Positions 1 through 13,100 of a stretch of 64,000 nucleotides of DNA are shown here, in pieces. Made by a program: the position numbers and the translations under genes. The DNA comes from Eledone cirrhosa (Eukaryota): assembly GCA_964016885.1 (NCBI GenBank), contig OZ024747.1, forward strand, positions 22,444,001 through 22,508,000, in the 5' to 3' direction. Every line of letters starts with the position of its first letter. The stretch's first letter is position 1. The notes beneath the pieces are model-generated. The model worked only from the letters and a program-made list of their open reading frames with translations, was not told the origin of the DNA and ran no database searches.

Positions 1-1263
1 GAGAGGGGGAAGTTTGGTGGTAATGAATAGTGAGAGAATTGATAGATATAGAGAGGGGGAGAGTTTGGTAATGATGGATAGACTGAGAGGGAATGAGAGA
101 GAGTGTTGTACGGTAGATATAGAGAGGGGGATAGTTTGGTGGTAATTGATCTAGAGAAGAGGGTTGAGAGAGACTTCCCTGTAGTAGATACAGAGAGGTG
201 TATTGTAGTAGTGTGCGTTATTGTAGTTTCTCCCCAAACTACCTGAACACACATCCATTTGGATATGCGCTACAATTTATGTACATTTTATGTTTATGGC
301 ATTTCGAAGTTTTTTTTTACAATTTTAGAGTGCAAAGAGCTAAACTAATCCCTATAACTAAATTGACCCCTCTCCCCTCATTCAGAAATGCTTCCACCGC
401 CGCTGTATATGTGTATGCGTGTTCGCATACTCATAGATGCAAACTACACATATATACAGTTAAAAGCAGCAGATCGCACCCTCTCCCTTATAAAAGGAAG
501 GACACATTGGATATATAGTCCTATATGCATTATGTCAACAGTGAAGATGGGATGGCGACGAGTAAAATGCATTTAATCATAGGGCTGTTCTATTAAGGCA
601 TTTCTGCGGGAACCAACTTACACATACACATATTTCTATACCTTTATATATGTATTGACATTGGACTGAAATGAAAGCGTCACCCCAAGAAAAGTAAGTT
701 GGCGTGTCTATCTGAACACGCCTCGTTCGCTATCCTCCCGTGTAACGCTTTCTCTATTTTGTCTGCTGGGACCCTGATGAGGCACATCAGAGAACGTTCT
801 CTTATCCAGGCATATATCATTGCGGTAGCGATGGTGGTGGTCTGTTATTCTTAGTTTTATTTCTATTATTTCTATATTGTAATAATTGTTTCTACTTTTG
901 GCACAAGGCCAGCAATTATTCAGTACATTACTGGTACTTTATTTTATCTACCTCGTAAGGATGAAAGGCAAAGTTAACGACACATGCTTTTAACATGAAT
1001 AATATACCCAAAACAACATTTGTAATCTAGTAGAAAAGGAAGTAAAGGAAAAATAAACGTGCGAGAAGAAATATAACAAAAGTTGATTGTTTAATAAATA
1101 TATTTTATATTATCCTTTAATTCCTTTCGTCTTGAAGCAACAGCCTTAACTAAAAACCATTGCAATACGCGTGAGCACTCCCTCCTATACAACATGCTAT
1201 TGCGCTAACTGCCGCACCTGCAAATAAAATTAGTTTCCTAATTTTATATCGTATGTCAGCTGA

Positions 1264-1335
1264 TCCTCGGTAGTATAGTGGTAAGTATCCCCGCCTGTCA
1301 CGCGGGAGACCGGGGTTCGATTCCCCGCCGGGGAG
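1264..1335 (+). tRNA. tRNA-Asp (anticodon GTC)
   Basis: 72-nt canonical eukaryotic Asp tRNA TCCTCGGTAGTATAGTGG...CTGTCAC...GGTTCGATTCCCCGCCGGGGAG; anticodon at 1297-1299; A and B boxes intact; oligo-T Pol III terminator from ~1343. Confidence 0.97.
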
Positions 1336-1862
1336 GCTTATGTTTTTATTTTGTATTTATTTTTTATTGTTTTTTTGTTAATTGTAGTGATTCAAATCAT
1401 GGATATATATCAATTCCTGAGTTGTTGTATTTCCTCAGATTTAGTCCCTCTTACAAATTCTCCCCGTCTCTCCAACACTTTGATGATTTAATTATCAGTC
1501 AGCTCGAAGGCCAGGTCAATGTCTGACTCTCTCCAAAGTCCCGCGAATAGGCTGCCTTGTCCAAACGGTTTTGAGGTTTCGGTCTGCGTAAATGCTCGTC
1601 TTTGTCCCGACCTTGCTTTATTTCCTCCATCCATGCTTGCTCGCCTTTAGTGGGGGACATGGATTAGTTCCACCAGAGAGATGGATGAAGCTTTACTACA
1701 GCGGAGGGGAGCTGGGTTTGTCAATTCCCTATACTGACGAGGATAGACGGAAGCAAGTCTAGTACAGATCCATAATGAGAAGAAAAGAGCAAAGCACATG
1801 GGGAAAGGACAAGGACTATTAGGCAAGGAAGAAAGAGGGGAAGAGGGTGACCGACTCTACAC

Positions 1863-2085
1863 CTAAGTCAAGTTTCGGCTGCGCTCCGCAGACAAAACTA
1901 CAAAATTTCCGCGAACTACGGTTAGCGCCACCCGCTCCAAAAGCCATCCCACCTGGCAGGGCTCCTTCCTCAGACGGGCTGTTGACGTTCCGATTTTACG
2001 GAGGAGCTCGGCTGTATGGGGTCCGAGGACGCCTGAGGTCTCGACGGCAACCGGTGGAATGGAGGTGGGGAGACCCACATACTCA
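1863..2085 (-). mobile_element. Relic of the C-terminal endonuclease region of a CRE-like (restriction-like endonuclease) non-LTR retrotransposon
   Basis: Translation PVAVETSGVLGPHTAELLRKIG...WLLERVALTVVRGN matches the P-x-AVET-x-G...QR-x-S-x-A-x-QRGN tail typical of these elements. Confidence 0.65.
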
Positions 2086-2292
2086 ATCACACCTCTTGCA
2101 GCATTACTGCGGGTGATAGCGAATCTAAGATATAGCAATAACCGTTCTCAAAAATGTCTGGAACTCCACAGGCGGTAATTCAGTAAGGTCTGGGAAACTC
2201 TTAATTGAAGGGTGAGCTAGTACGTAAATTAAAATAAGCGATTTGGAAAAGTGAGAAATGCATCGATAATGTTAGGCAGAATTGCATTAGAT

Positions 2293-2623
2293 CAGAGGTT
2301 CTCCAAGTGGGAACTACCGCCCCCTGAGGAGGGGGGGGGGGCGTTAAGGTCTAATGGGGCGATGGGGCGAGCGGAAGAGATGATACAATAGTATATTAAA
2401 TATCAAATGATACATATAAATAAATATAATAAAATAAAATATATATATTTATTTATATATAGTATATATTATATTATTTATTATATATAAATTGACGATT
2501 TTATTTATTATATATTATTTACAATTTACGCGTAGGGGGCTCTCTCTGGAAATAGGGTTGGGGACGCTGAGGGTATTACGTGGTCATGAGGAGGCGGTGG
2601 TTGAAAAAGTTTGAAAACCTTTG
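2293..2623. mobile_element. Non-autonomous hAT-type MITE
   Basis: Imperfect TIRs CAGAGGTTCTCCAA / TTGAAAACCTTTG; 8-bp TSD CATTAGAT/CGTTAGAT; related copy in opposite orientation at 61538-62056. Confidence 0.7.
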
Positions 2624-3074
2624 CGTTAGATACACGAAAAAACCTTTGGTGTATAGAATATGCGACATTATAAATAATTTAGCAGAAAATATCAAAAATA
2701 GGTTTGTTAATTCAAACGTTTATAGTATCTTTACTAGTGGAAAGATAGTTGTGAAAATGTGCTGTAAACTAAACTAAAGACTTCATTTGTTAATGTGATA
2801 CAGCCATAGTGCTATTTTGTACATCTCAAGAATGTCTTGCTAATGTGGTTTCATGTGGTACGGGATGTTATGAGTCCATACTAGTTGATTGACAAAATAA
2901 TTTAATAATGCGAATATTTCTTAATAAGTTAATCGCTTCTGTGAAGTGTTATATAATGCTACACGACCGTAAGTCAAGGATAAAAGAAGAAAAACAATAA
3001 TTAGTTACACAAATAGTTATCTCATTTCAACAAATGATAGTTGTGCACTGCATCATAATGTATGAATTGACGTC

Positions 3075-3095
3075 TACACACACACGCATATACAT

Positions 3096-3167
<72 letters not shown>

Positions 3168-3185
3168 TAGTATATATATACTTAT

Positions 3186-3227
<42 letters not shown>

Positions 3228-3230
3228 CTA
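3075..3230. repeat. (CA)n/(TA)n microsatellite cluster
   Basis: Long TA runs; similar runs at 19765-19823, 43271-43326, 43555-44260, 47730-47800. Confidence 0.95.
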
Positions 3231-3278
3231 CCTTGATTAAATCTTAACCATTTAACGTCTCAGGGTATGTCATGTATC

Positions 3279-3341
3279 ATTATATTTTGTCTGATGAGGA
3301 CGTACTGTTGTACATCCGAAATATGTATAATAAAATGTAAT
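3279..3341 (+). ncRNA. Minimal type I hammerhead ribozyme (Penelope-like-element type)
   Basis: Stem I ATTATATTTTGT/ATAAAATGTAAT; core CTGATGA (3291-3297); stem II GGACGTAC-TGTT-GTACATCC (one mismatch); GAAA; minimal stem III T-ATGT-A; cleavage triplet ATA. Confidence 0.75.
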
Positions 3342-3545
3342 CGATCAAAAGAACATCTATTTTATTAATATTTGTATTTTAATATATATATATATATATA
3401 TGTATATATATTCTTATGCTTTGGGAAAATTTATGCAAATTCAGAAACGATATATATATATGTGTGTGTGTGTAAGTATATATACTTACACATACACATA
3501 TATATAGAAAGAGAGAGAGGGGGGGGGGGGGACAGACAGACAGAC

Positions 3546-3576
<31 letters not shown>

Positions 3577-4088
3577 CGCTGTTAAATCGAATGGGGAGAG
3601 AAGAGAAGCCAAAAAAACTGGGAGCGGTGCTGTTTAATGATAAAAGAGAAGTTAACTCTGGGTTTATTTATTATTCCAAATTAGTATTCTTCCTCTCAGC
3701 ATATTTCTTTTAAATCGTTTTATACTTTAAAATCCCACGTCACCATGTTTATACTTAATATTAAATAAATTATATATTAGTTTCATTTTAGTTTAGATAT
3801 GTTATGTGTATGTATATTTCATCAGATGTATATGTGTGTATGTTTCATTGTATGTGTGTGTGTATGTATTTACTTATGTATATGTGTGTGTTTACTTCTA
3901 TAGTTGTTTCACTTATACTGTGAGACATTTTATGATGTTCTAGCTATTTTATTTTTATGTCATTTTATTTTTCAGTGAATTATTTACACTACACCATAAG
4001 AGTAAACTACATAGAATACATTTCCAAGTGAATATAGTTTACTTTACCATACAACATCCGGCAGCAGACGACACTGTAGTGATTCAAA

Positions 4089-4136
4089 ATGGCTGACCGT
4101 TCAGCTGTAATTGTTGATGTGGACGATATTGAGGAG
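4089..4136 (+). CDS. YIPF1: YIPF1 exon 1 (MADRSAVIVDVDDIEE)
   Basis: ATG in CAAAATGG context; donor GAG|GTAAAT; phase 0 matches exon 2. Confidence 0.8.
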
Positions 4137-7100
4137 GTAAATATTAATCTTCTTATTTTCTTTCTGTTTTTGAAATTGAGCTTACAAAATATTCAAACTC
4201 AAACTGTCTGCTTTTATATATTTTATTTCTTCATAAATTTTAAATTACCGTGCTATTCATCTTTTGAAATATTACTTCTTAAACATTCTAAACGGCCTCG
4301 ACGTAAACTTCAGCTATAAATCTTTACACGTGTAATTTTTTTGTCCTTCTATCTTCGATTTCTTTCTTATTGACCACTTTAATTTTCGTCTTACTTAATA
4401 GTTAGTGTCTGACATTTTTCAATCATATTTTCATGTCATTTAACATTCAGAGGAGTTATGTATAAATTGTTTAATTATATCCGACATGATTGGGCGACGG
4501 AAATGTTATGATTGTGTTCAAAGTAATTAGTTTATATACCAGACTGTTAGTTAAACGTCTAGCAAATTCATTCTGTTAACCATATCATAAAAATGTTAGT
4601 TGTATATGTGATGGATATTTTTGAATAACAGTAGATCTTATTTACGTAGCACAGCACTGGTTATTTTATTTATTTTACACAGACTTTTTTCCATCAGTCT
4701 GTTCTATCCTTCGTACTTGTTATGCCATTCTATAAATCACTACCTTATCGAAATAGTTCACCTAAGTCTGGAACAACACAATTCTTTCTTGTAACACATC
4801 TATATTTTTAGTGTAAATATATTTCCAGAATGACATTTGAATGTCACTCTTTCTTTGCACTGCCCCCGCCCCCCAAGGATTATTTATCTATATATTATCA
4901 ACTATTTAGCAACTGGAAGATAGTTGGAAGTATTAGACGCCTCATAGTTGTTATTGTAAACGTGACTATGTACGCTGAATGCGTCGTGACACTTGTTATT
5001 GTTTAGCCCCTGGTCAGCCCTCAGCAAGCTGATCTATGTCCAAAGATATTTTAATAATGACCAAACCACACTTTCCTTTTCTTCAAAAGGTATATCTAGA
5101 ACGATATTATCAAAGGTGTCTTTTTTTTAAAGGCATGAAAGAGATTTGGCTGTTATTTCTAGCTTGTCGAGCGACTACGAAGAGACTTTCTTTACACTTG
5201 CATTAGCAGTTCATTAGTAACTACTGTCAAATTTTATTGCAATTCAATTATCCATCAGGATTTAGTGTGTTACTACTAAATGTTCTTTATTGACTGATAG
5301 GTGGATATTTGGTTGTACCAAGAAAATTTAGTTGAGTCGTATATTTTGATATTATGTCATTATTTTTGGCCTCTATTAATCAGCTGAATCCAATTTATTA
5401 ACATAAGCAAATTGATAACTGAATATTACTGTCGGAATTTACACTGGATTTTTTTTGATTTTTTATTTTTTTATTTTTTTTTTATTTTAAATAATTTCCT
5501 GTAAAATGGGATTCTAGTTTGAAATGTTGATACCTATAACTTTCAAAAATATATCAACTTTAGCCTGGCCTCAATGTACTCAACTTGGAATTATATGTTA
5601 GCTCTTGGGCACATCATGGTCGATTGTTTAAGGAGTTCATTTCGCAATCATTAGGTCCCGGGTTTGATGACCCTGTGTGGCATCATGAGTATCATCAAAG
5701 GCGTAACTTAACTAGAGTATTGCAAGCATGGCACGTGCCATGGGCGCTACACGAAGGGGGTTCCCACTTGGACTAGGAGCTACTAAAGTCAAATAAGCCT
5801 CGTTGGAGAGTGAAAAAAGAAACTTCTTCAAATGCATGATCTGTCTTTGATTATCGTGGATGAGAAATACTATGGTGGCTGGATCGTTAAACCATTTATA
5901 TATATTATTAGGCCCATTAGGGAAAAATATAGTACTGGGCAATTTCACTGCTTGCCATAGGCGCGATTTTCTCTAGTTATACCCCTAGATGTCCTTTACC
6001 ATAGCCTCGGATGACCTATGTCATGTGAGTGAAACTGGGTAGATGGAAATTGCCCAGCTTTGTCATACACTGTGTCACACTGAGTCTCCCCAAGAAATAC
6101 GTTATGGATATATGTGTCTGTGAAATGTCCAGCCGCTTACACGTTAATTTGGTTAGTAAGCTGTTCCATTGATCAAACAATTGGAATACTCATTGTCGAA
6201 GCCAACAGAGGCCCATCCCATTTATGAGCATCGTTAAGTTAAAATGTACTGCTGACATTCAAACTTCATCTCAATAATGTTTAGCTCATGCACCACATTC
6301 TGTAATGGAATCCTGGCAACTTAGTAATATTCAACTAGTATAGGGTGATGGATTATCAGAATTGGTAGAGTATCGGATAAAATGTCATTGCAGTATTTAT
6401 TCTGGCTCTTTGTATTTCGAATTCAAATCCTGCCAAGATCAACTTTGCCTTTCAGGGTCAGTAAAATAAATTAGCAGTCAAGTACTGGAGTTGATTTAAT
6501 TTGCAAACTGCCTTTAACTAATATAAAATGCAAATATTACTCATAATTGCAATAATTAAATTAATATAACACTGTGCGCAACAATATGTAAATTTTGTTT
6601 CACCCTTGTTAAAAGGATAAGCTTGGTATTACAAGTAAATGAAATGCTCACCACAGTGCTTCTACTGTTTCTAGTATTGAATTGTATGTCTTGTAGTCCC
6701 ACTTCCAACTTGGTGGTCAGTATATTTATCAATATTGATAGGCAGGCACAGCTTGTTGACCCTTCAACTTTAGTGATATATCAACTCAGGCTCATGCACA
6801 CATGATAATAAGCCATGGCCAGATGGGAAATTTATGCCTCATTTCAAACTGCTCATTAAGTATTTTACAAATCAGTGCTAAATACATCTGTTTGATATGT
6901 ATTTATACATATAATGTATTTGTACATATATGTATTTGTACATATAACTAACATATAATGGTTTCTGATTTAGGCACAAAGCCAACACTTTTTGGGAGGG
7001 GGAAGTCGATTACATCGAGCCCGGTACTTAACTGGAGCTTTATTTTATCAACCCTGTAAGGATGAAAGGCAAAGCTAACCTCGGCAGGATTTGAACTCAG

Positions 7101-10100
7101 ACCATAAAGCGATGTAACCTTTATTTTGCATGGCATGTTGACCAACGCTCTACTTATACTGCCAATCCACTACCCTAATTAACTAACAAATAATAAAACA
7201 ATAAAAGAACTACAATTTGGGATGAATACGCCCTCCACACATACACACTTAAAATCGGGACCCATGATGATTGGTTCACCCAGCCCCCTCTCTGATTTGG
7301 CCTGGATATACTACATCAGAGAAAATTGGTATTCTTTTCAGAATTGTCTTAACAAACAGGAATATTAACTACTAACATCAGATACTAATTTCTTTTAGTT
7401 ATGACTTGACTATCTTACTTGTTACTCTTAAATAACCTTATCCCTTTCGATATCAAACTGCCTGAAGCCAGCCCTGTTAGTTTAAAAGTATTTATCATCA
7501 CCATCATTTTCCCATGCTGGCATAAGTTGAACGAGATGTCTTGAGATAATGTTTTATAGCTGGACGCTCTTACTGATACCTACCCTTTTAGTCAGCTTTT
7601 ATGACATGCAAAGGATATGGTGTATCTATTGTAAAAACTAAGATACAACCTAAAAACCTTCAGTCATAATTTTAATGCAAGAAACTTTGTTCAATTATGT
7701 TCCAAACACCTCCATCATCACTGTTTAACATCTATTTTCTATGCTTGTATGGGTTAGACAGGTTGTTTCGTTATTAAACCAGTCAGGTTAGGTGACCTCG
7801 TCTTACTCATATGATCTGATTTGGTTTGGTTTTCTATGACTGGATGCCCTTCCTAATACCAACCACATTACAGCATATATTGGGAGCTTTTTTGTGGCAC
7901 TAGCACAAGGTGGATTTGGTGCTTTTTCTTGCACCACCAACATTACCACTATACAGAGTGGACTGGGTGCTTTTTGTCACATTCTTGATTATTTAAAAAG
8001 AAAATTTGAAAGTCATTGGCAGTGTCTTTCATTAGAAATATGGTAAGAAAAGTGTTACATTCCTGGCCCTCTATTGTGATGTATAAACTTTCTCTTTTAC
8101 TTCTACTGCTACAATAGCACATTTTTTAACCTTGAGAACACAACCTTTTAAACCAACATGTGACTTGCTGCTTCTCTGGTTCTTTCCACACAAAATTCAT
8201 CTTACTCTCAAATTCGATAGGGAAGTAGGTTAACTTGCTAGAAATAGCTACTAAATTGCCTCAAATCACACTCTACCATTGTTTAACAAATGAGCACTTT
8301 GGATAATGTAGCTCAAGATAGACTGTGTCTAAAAAACAAAAGACAAGATGGTCATAGCTGGAATGCCTTCTAATCATTAAATGTGCTCAATTAGAGCTGA
8401 CCTGGAATGGAACAACAACAACAACCAGTCTAAGATGAAGATGGTATATTTTTAGAATCTAAGTATATATTATAGGTAGTATTTCAGCCAATAACATATT
8501 GTTAGTTTATTGAACTTCACAATAAAATAAGATCTTCACAATAAAATAAGATTTTGCTTTACTCTTCCATGATGGGAATTAGCAATACACACCAGCTGGA
8601 TTTTGAAGACTTCCAATTCAATCGATAGTTGTTGTTTAAAGTTAGCATCTGCCATGTTATAAAGTCATATTATTGAAACTTGAAGTACATTTTAGTCCAT
8701 TTATATATACTATGTTTATTTTGAATTTTGATTGTTGTTGTTTTAAACAAATACTTGTTTTAAAATAATTATATTGAATTGGTGAGGCATGTGGCTTAGT
8801 GGCTAAGTTGTTCATCTCACAGTTGCAAGGTCATGAGTTCTCCTTGAGCAAGATATTATATTTCACATTGCTCCAGTTCACTTAACAGGCAAAAATGAGT
8901 AGTACCTGTAATTCAAAGAACCAGCATTATCACTGCATGCTAATTATCACTGCAGGCTATTCTGTTATATGAACAACTGGAACACTTATTGTTGGAACAA
9001 ACAGAGATCCAATACTCACACATTACATTAACTGCATCACCAGATTTATATCTGAATACTTTACATATATTTTTTTAACCGTTTAGCATTTAAACAGGCT
9101 GTATCCGGCCAGAATGATCTTACCTCTTTCTGTTCAAACCGGCTGTAACTGTCCACTCATACTTATGTTGAGGTATTGTTCTCGAAATAAATATCAAAAT
9201 CTCGTGGGTTCGATATGTGAGGTAAAACCTTTACCGTGAAAATACAATGGTATATATCAAGTAATGTAAATGCTAAAGGGTTAATATACTGTTCTTCATT
9301 CATATATTGATACTGTATGCTACACCTAACACTAACCACTTTACACAGTATACTGGGAGCATTTTACCATGGAAGCAGCACTAGAGAAAGGTTGTCATGT
9401 CCTTCACAAGACTAAAGAGTCCTCGCAACATATGTTATTTCCATTCGATTGTCAAGCACTTTAGAGAGTGTACTGGGTGCACTAGTACAAAAGAGGGTGT
9501 ATTGTCACCTGCAAAGCTATTAAGACTTCTCAACTCTACATAAATGTATCATTAAATTGTCATCACACAGCTATTGAGCCCTTCAAGCTTTAATTTATTA
9601 TATATTCCATTTTTTAATTAAACTTTTCTTTATCTTCTCTTGCTTAAGACCTATATTAGCCATAATCCCATTTGTTGATATTGTTGTAAAGTGTTAATGT
9701 CCTCTTAGTTTGAATGGCTTTCAAGAATCAGGGCTTGCCTCCAGTTTCTTGGCCACAAATGAATTAATGACAAGTCTCTCTTAGGAGAGGTGAGATGTCT
9801 ATGTCAAGAACTATCCCCATATTATCTGCTAAGTATGCAGAATATTCTGTCTAAACACATACCATGTGTGAATTGGAAGTCTAAATACCACCAAATATCC
9901 TTTTAATGACATCATTCAGTGCAGTATGATGAGGGAAACACTCAGCACTGTGATGACAGGAGACAGGTGAAGGCTGGACTCATCAACAGTAATTCCACAG
10001 TGGCATTTATGTAGCTCACACATACTATGACCAAGATACAGAGTAGCGCCAATGTGTGTGCACTCATCATTGAGAATGGTACTGATCGACAAAGAGAGCC

Positions 10101-13100
10101 CAATATTGAGCTTAGTGGCACTGTTTGATTGCAAATATGCACTCATTGAAAAAGATATTGAGCTAGGTGTCATTGATTGCAAGGTATTCAGAAAGCAGGT
10201 GAATTGGTGTTTTTCTCAATCCTCGTGTTAGTTGTACTACATTTGATATTGCCTCAATCACATTAATATGATGCTTTCTGAGGAACACTGAAGTTGTTAT
10301 TAATACAGACAGGTTATATAAATTGATTGATTTAATCTATGGAAGCAACACATTTACTTTTCTCTTAAATAGAGCAGATGTTCATATATACATCATTGTT
10401 CTTGTTGAATAACTGAATTTTTGTGTGAAGGCATGTGACTTGGTGATTAGGATGTGACTCATGATCACAAGGATGTGAGTTATACTTTTGGCAGTGTGTT
10501 GTGTCCTTAAGCAAGATACTTTATTTCACATTGCTCCAGTCCACTCAGCTGGCAAAAATTAGTTGTACCTGTAATTCAGTGAGCCAGCTTTATCACACTT
10601 CGTGTCATGCTTAATAATAATAATAATAATAATGAAATATTGTGTACAGTGCTCAGGTGCACTACAACTCATCAAAAAGTGTATGTATAGTACATAGGGT
10701 AATGTACAAACGTCAGGAAAATGAACAGTGCATGAGTCATGATATACACGTGTGCATGTGTATGGAAGGGGTACATTAGGTGTAGTTTTGGCATATTTCG
10801 GGAAGCATGAGGAATCTCAGTGGAAACTATATTAAGAGTACACATGTCTGTGGAATGTTCAGCCATTTACACATTAATTTCATGAGCACGCTGTTTTGTT
10901 GATTGGATCAACTGGAACACTCCTTGTCAGAACTAATGAGAGTTCAACACACTGTCATCTTTCTATGCTGAAATGATTATCAATCTTTCACACCAAGTAG
11001 CATTCCAATCTCATTAATATTTATTATTCTGATTGATCATTCAAGTTGGTTGCAGAACTGACACTCACCAATAAAAAGTTCAAGCCCCAAGTCTTCTGTG
11101 GTTTAAATTTCACCTGCATTGATTTAAAGTTTCATTCTAACAACACCAATTTAAGAGTAGAGTGAAAAGCTAGCCTAGTCTTATATATTCGTTTAAGTAT
11201 CTCAACTTCGTTAGTATAAGTTAAACAAACATTTGCAATAGGTCTAGAAGGGGATTAAAAAAACAAACAAACCAAAAAAGTTGCAACCTTTATACTTTAC
11301 AGTATTGTTTTAGATTGGTTTTCTCTTTAAATTATAGTTGTTTTTCTCAAAATGTATTAAATAGTTGTGGGAAAACTGCAGCCCATTTTGCTTTCTGAAT
11401 GGCAATCCTAAGAAAAGATTACCTTTAATGTTTTAAATAGTGCTCCCTGCCTTAAGATGAACCATATCTCATGCAGCCCACTGTTTGAAAAAGGTTACCC
11501 ATGACGAGCTTAAAGTATCAGCCTGTATGGTTAAGATAATGATATGGTAACTAGCATAATGTGGTTAAAATCTAACCATTGTGTTGTGCTTTTAAACAAA
11601 ACAGACACATCACTTCATCCAAGCAGAAATTAAACACCATTCACATTTCCCAATTGTTAACATTTATTCAGCTGCCAAACGATGCACTTAAAATGCACAT
11701 AAAAATGTTTAAATTTGCAGCAGCATCCCATTAGTATGGAGCAAATGGATATAAAACATTAATAAAGAAGAAATTAGAAAAAGTAACCACACTAGATCAT
11801 ATCTGTTCTAAAATAATCAATACTTAAGGAAACACTAATTGATAAGATTGCATGAAATGTTTTGGTTAATTGTTTCCATTGATAGAACAAGTTACTTGTG
11901 AATCTAGCAGGAACTAGATATGTAGGCCACATGTTTACTATATACAAGAAATTTGTTATTTGAACCTGAACAAGTATTTTGTAAATTAAGCTACAACAAT
12001 TTTATTTTTCATTGACAGTTTGTTCTTTGTTGGTTTTTTTTTCATTTTAGTGAATAGTGAAATAGCTCAATAATTGGACACCTTTTAGCAAATATTCTTT
12101 TTGTTTTGTTTTACTTGTAATAATCATTAATCAGTATTTAATAATTATGTTTTTATATTGTGTGCACTAACCATGAAAGTAATTCTTGAAGTCAGATTTA
12201 AAATATATGTGCAAGCATCAAAGCTTATTCTTGATAAAAATCAATAGAATTTCCAATAAATCAGCTGAGAATTCAAACCTTCCAGTTGTTCTTGAAGAGT
12301 TCCAAATAGATTTTGAAAAGAGAGAGAAAGAAAGTAATTGAAAGATGTCTGTATTGATTTGCCTATTTGCTTGAAAATACTGTGACAATTAGCGAGCAAG
12401 TTGATTCAAACAACTACACTGATTAACTGGTAGGTTCAAGGTGTAAACTGTTACAATTTTAGAACAATAAAAATGAATTGTTGAAAAGAGAGAGATTACA
12501 TCTTAGTCAATTGAATACAAAATCAGATAGCTTTTCTAAAACATACGCTATTCTATTCATAAATTCTACATTGTCTATATATTTTACCTTTTGGGTTTTT
12601 TTTTTTTTTTTTGCATTATTTATAAACACAGTATACTATCTTTTAAATCTATGGAATTTATTTTATATATATTCAAGTATAATATAATTTCCAGCACAGT
12701 GTGTGCAAATATATATATATTATGCTTCTTGTGTTTTCTTTTTTTCTTTTTTTTTTTCCCCCATTAGCTTAAGTAAAATCAAAAACGTACTTGATAAAAG
12801 CAAATATTTAGATGTATTGCTTTTATTTCATTGATTTTAAACATATTATGGCTAGAATTAGAGAAAAAACATCTAGCTAAAAATATATATATTGCTCTGG
12901 AAACATCTTACAATACCTATTTATATTTATGATGGTGACAGTTTTAGCTTAGTAGGCCAATGTAATTTAATTGTTTCTACTTTTGGCACAAGGCCAGCAA
13001 TTACCCAGTACATTACTGGTACTTTATTTTATCAACCCCTTACGGATGAAAGGCAAAGTGAACCTCGACGGGATTTGAACTCAGAAATGTAATTTAATGT

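Noticed and set aside
774-800. CTGATGA hammerhead-like motif (also at 1734, 55403 and 56490 minus)
   Set aside because: No correctly placed stem II-GAAA-stem III.
1264-2085. tRNA-targeted insertion of the CRE-like relic
   Set aside because: The relic is over 500 bp from the tRNA, with no definable ends or TSD.
3034-3713. ORFs rich in YI/HT/CV repeats (also 18293-18685, 31258-31656, 43140-44330, 50706-50960, 56444-56755, 62187-62483)
   Set aside because: Translations of microsatellites.
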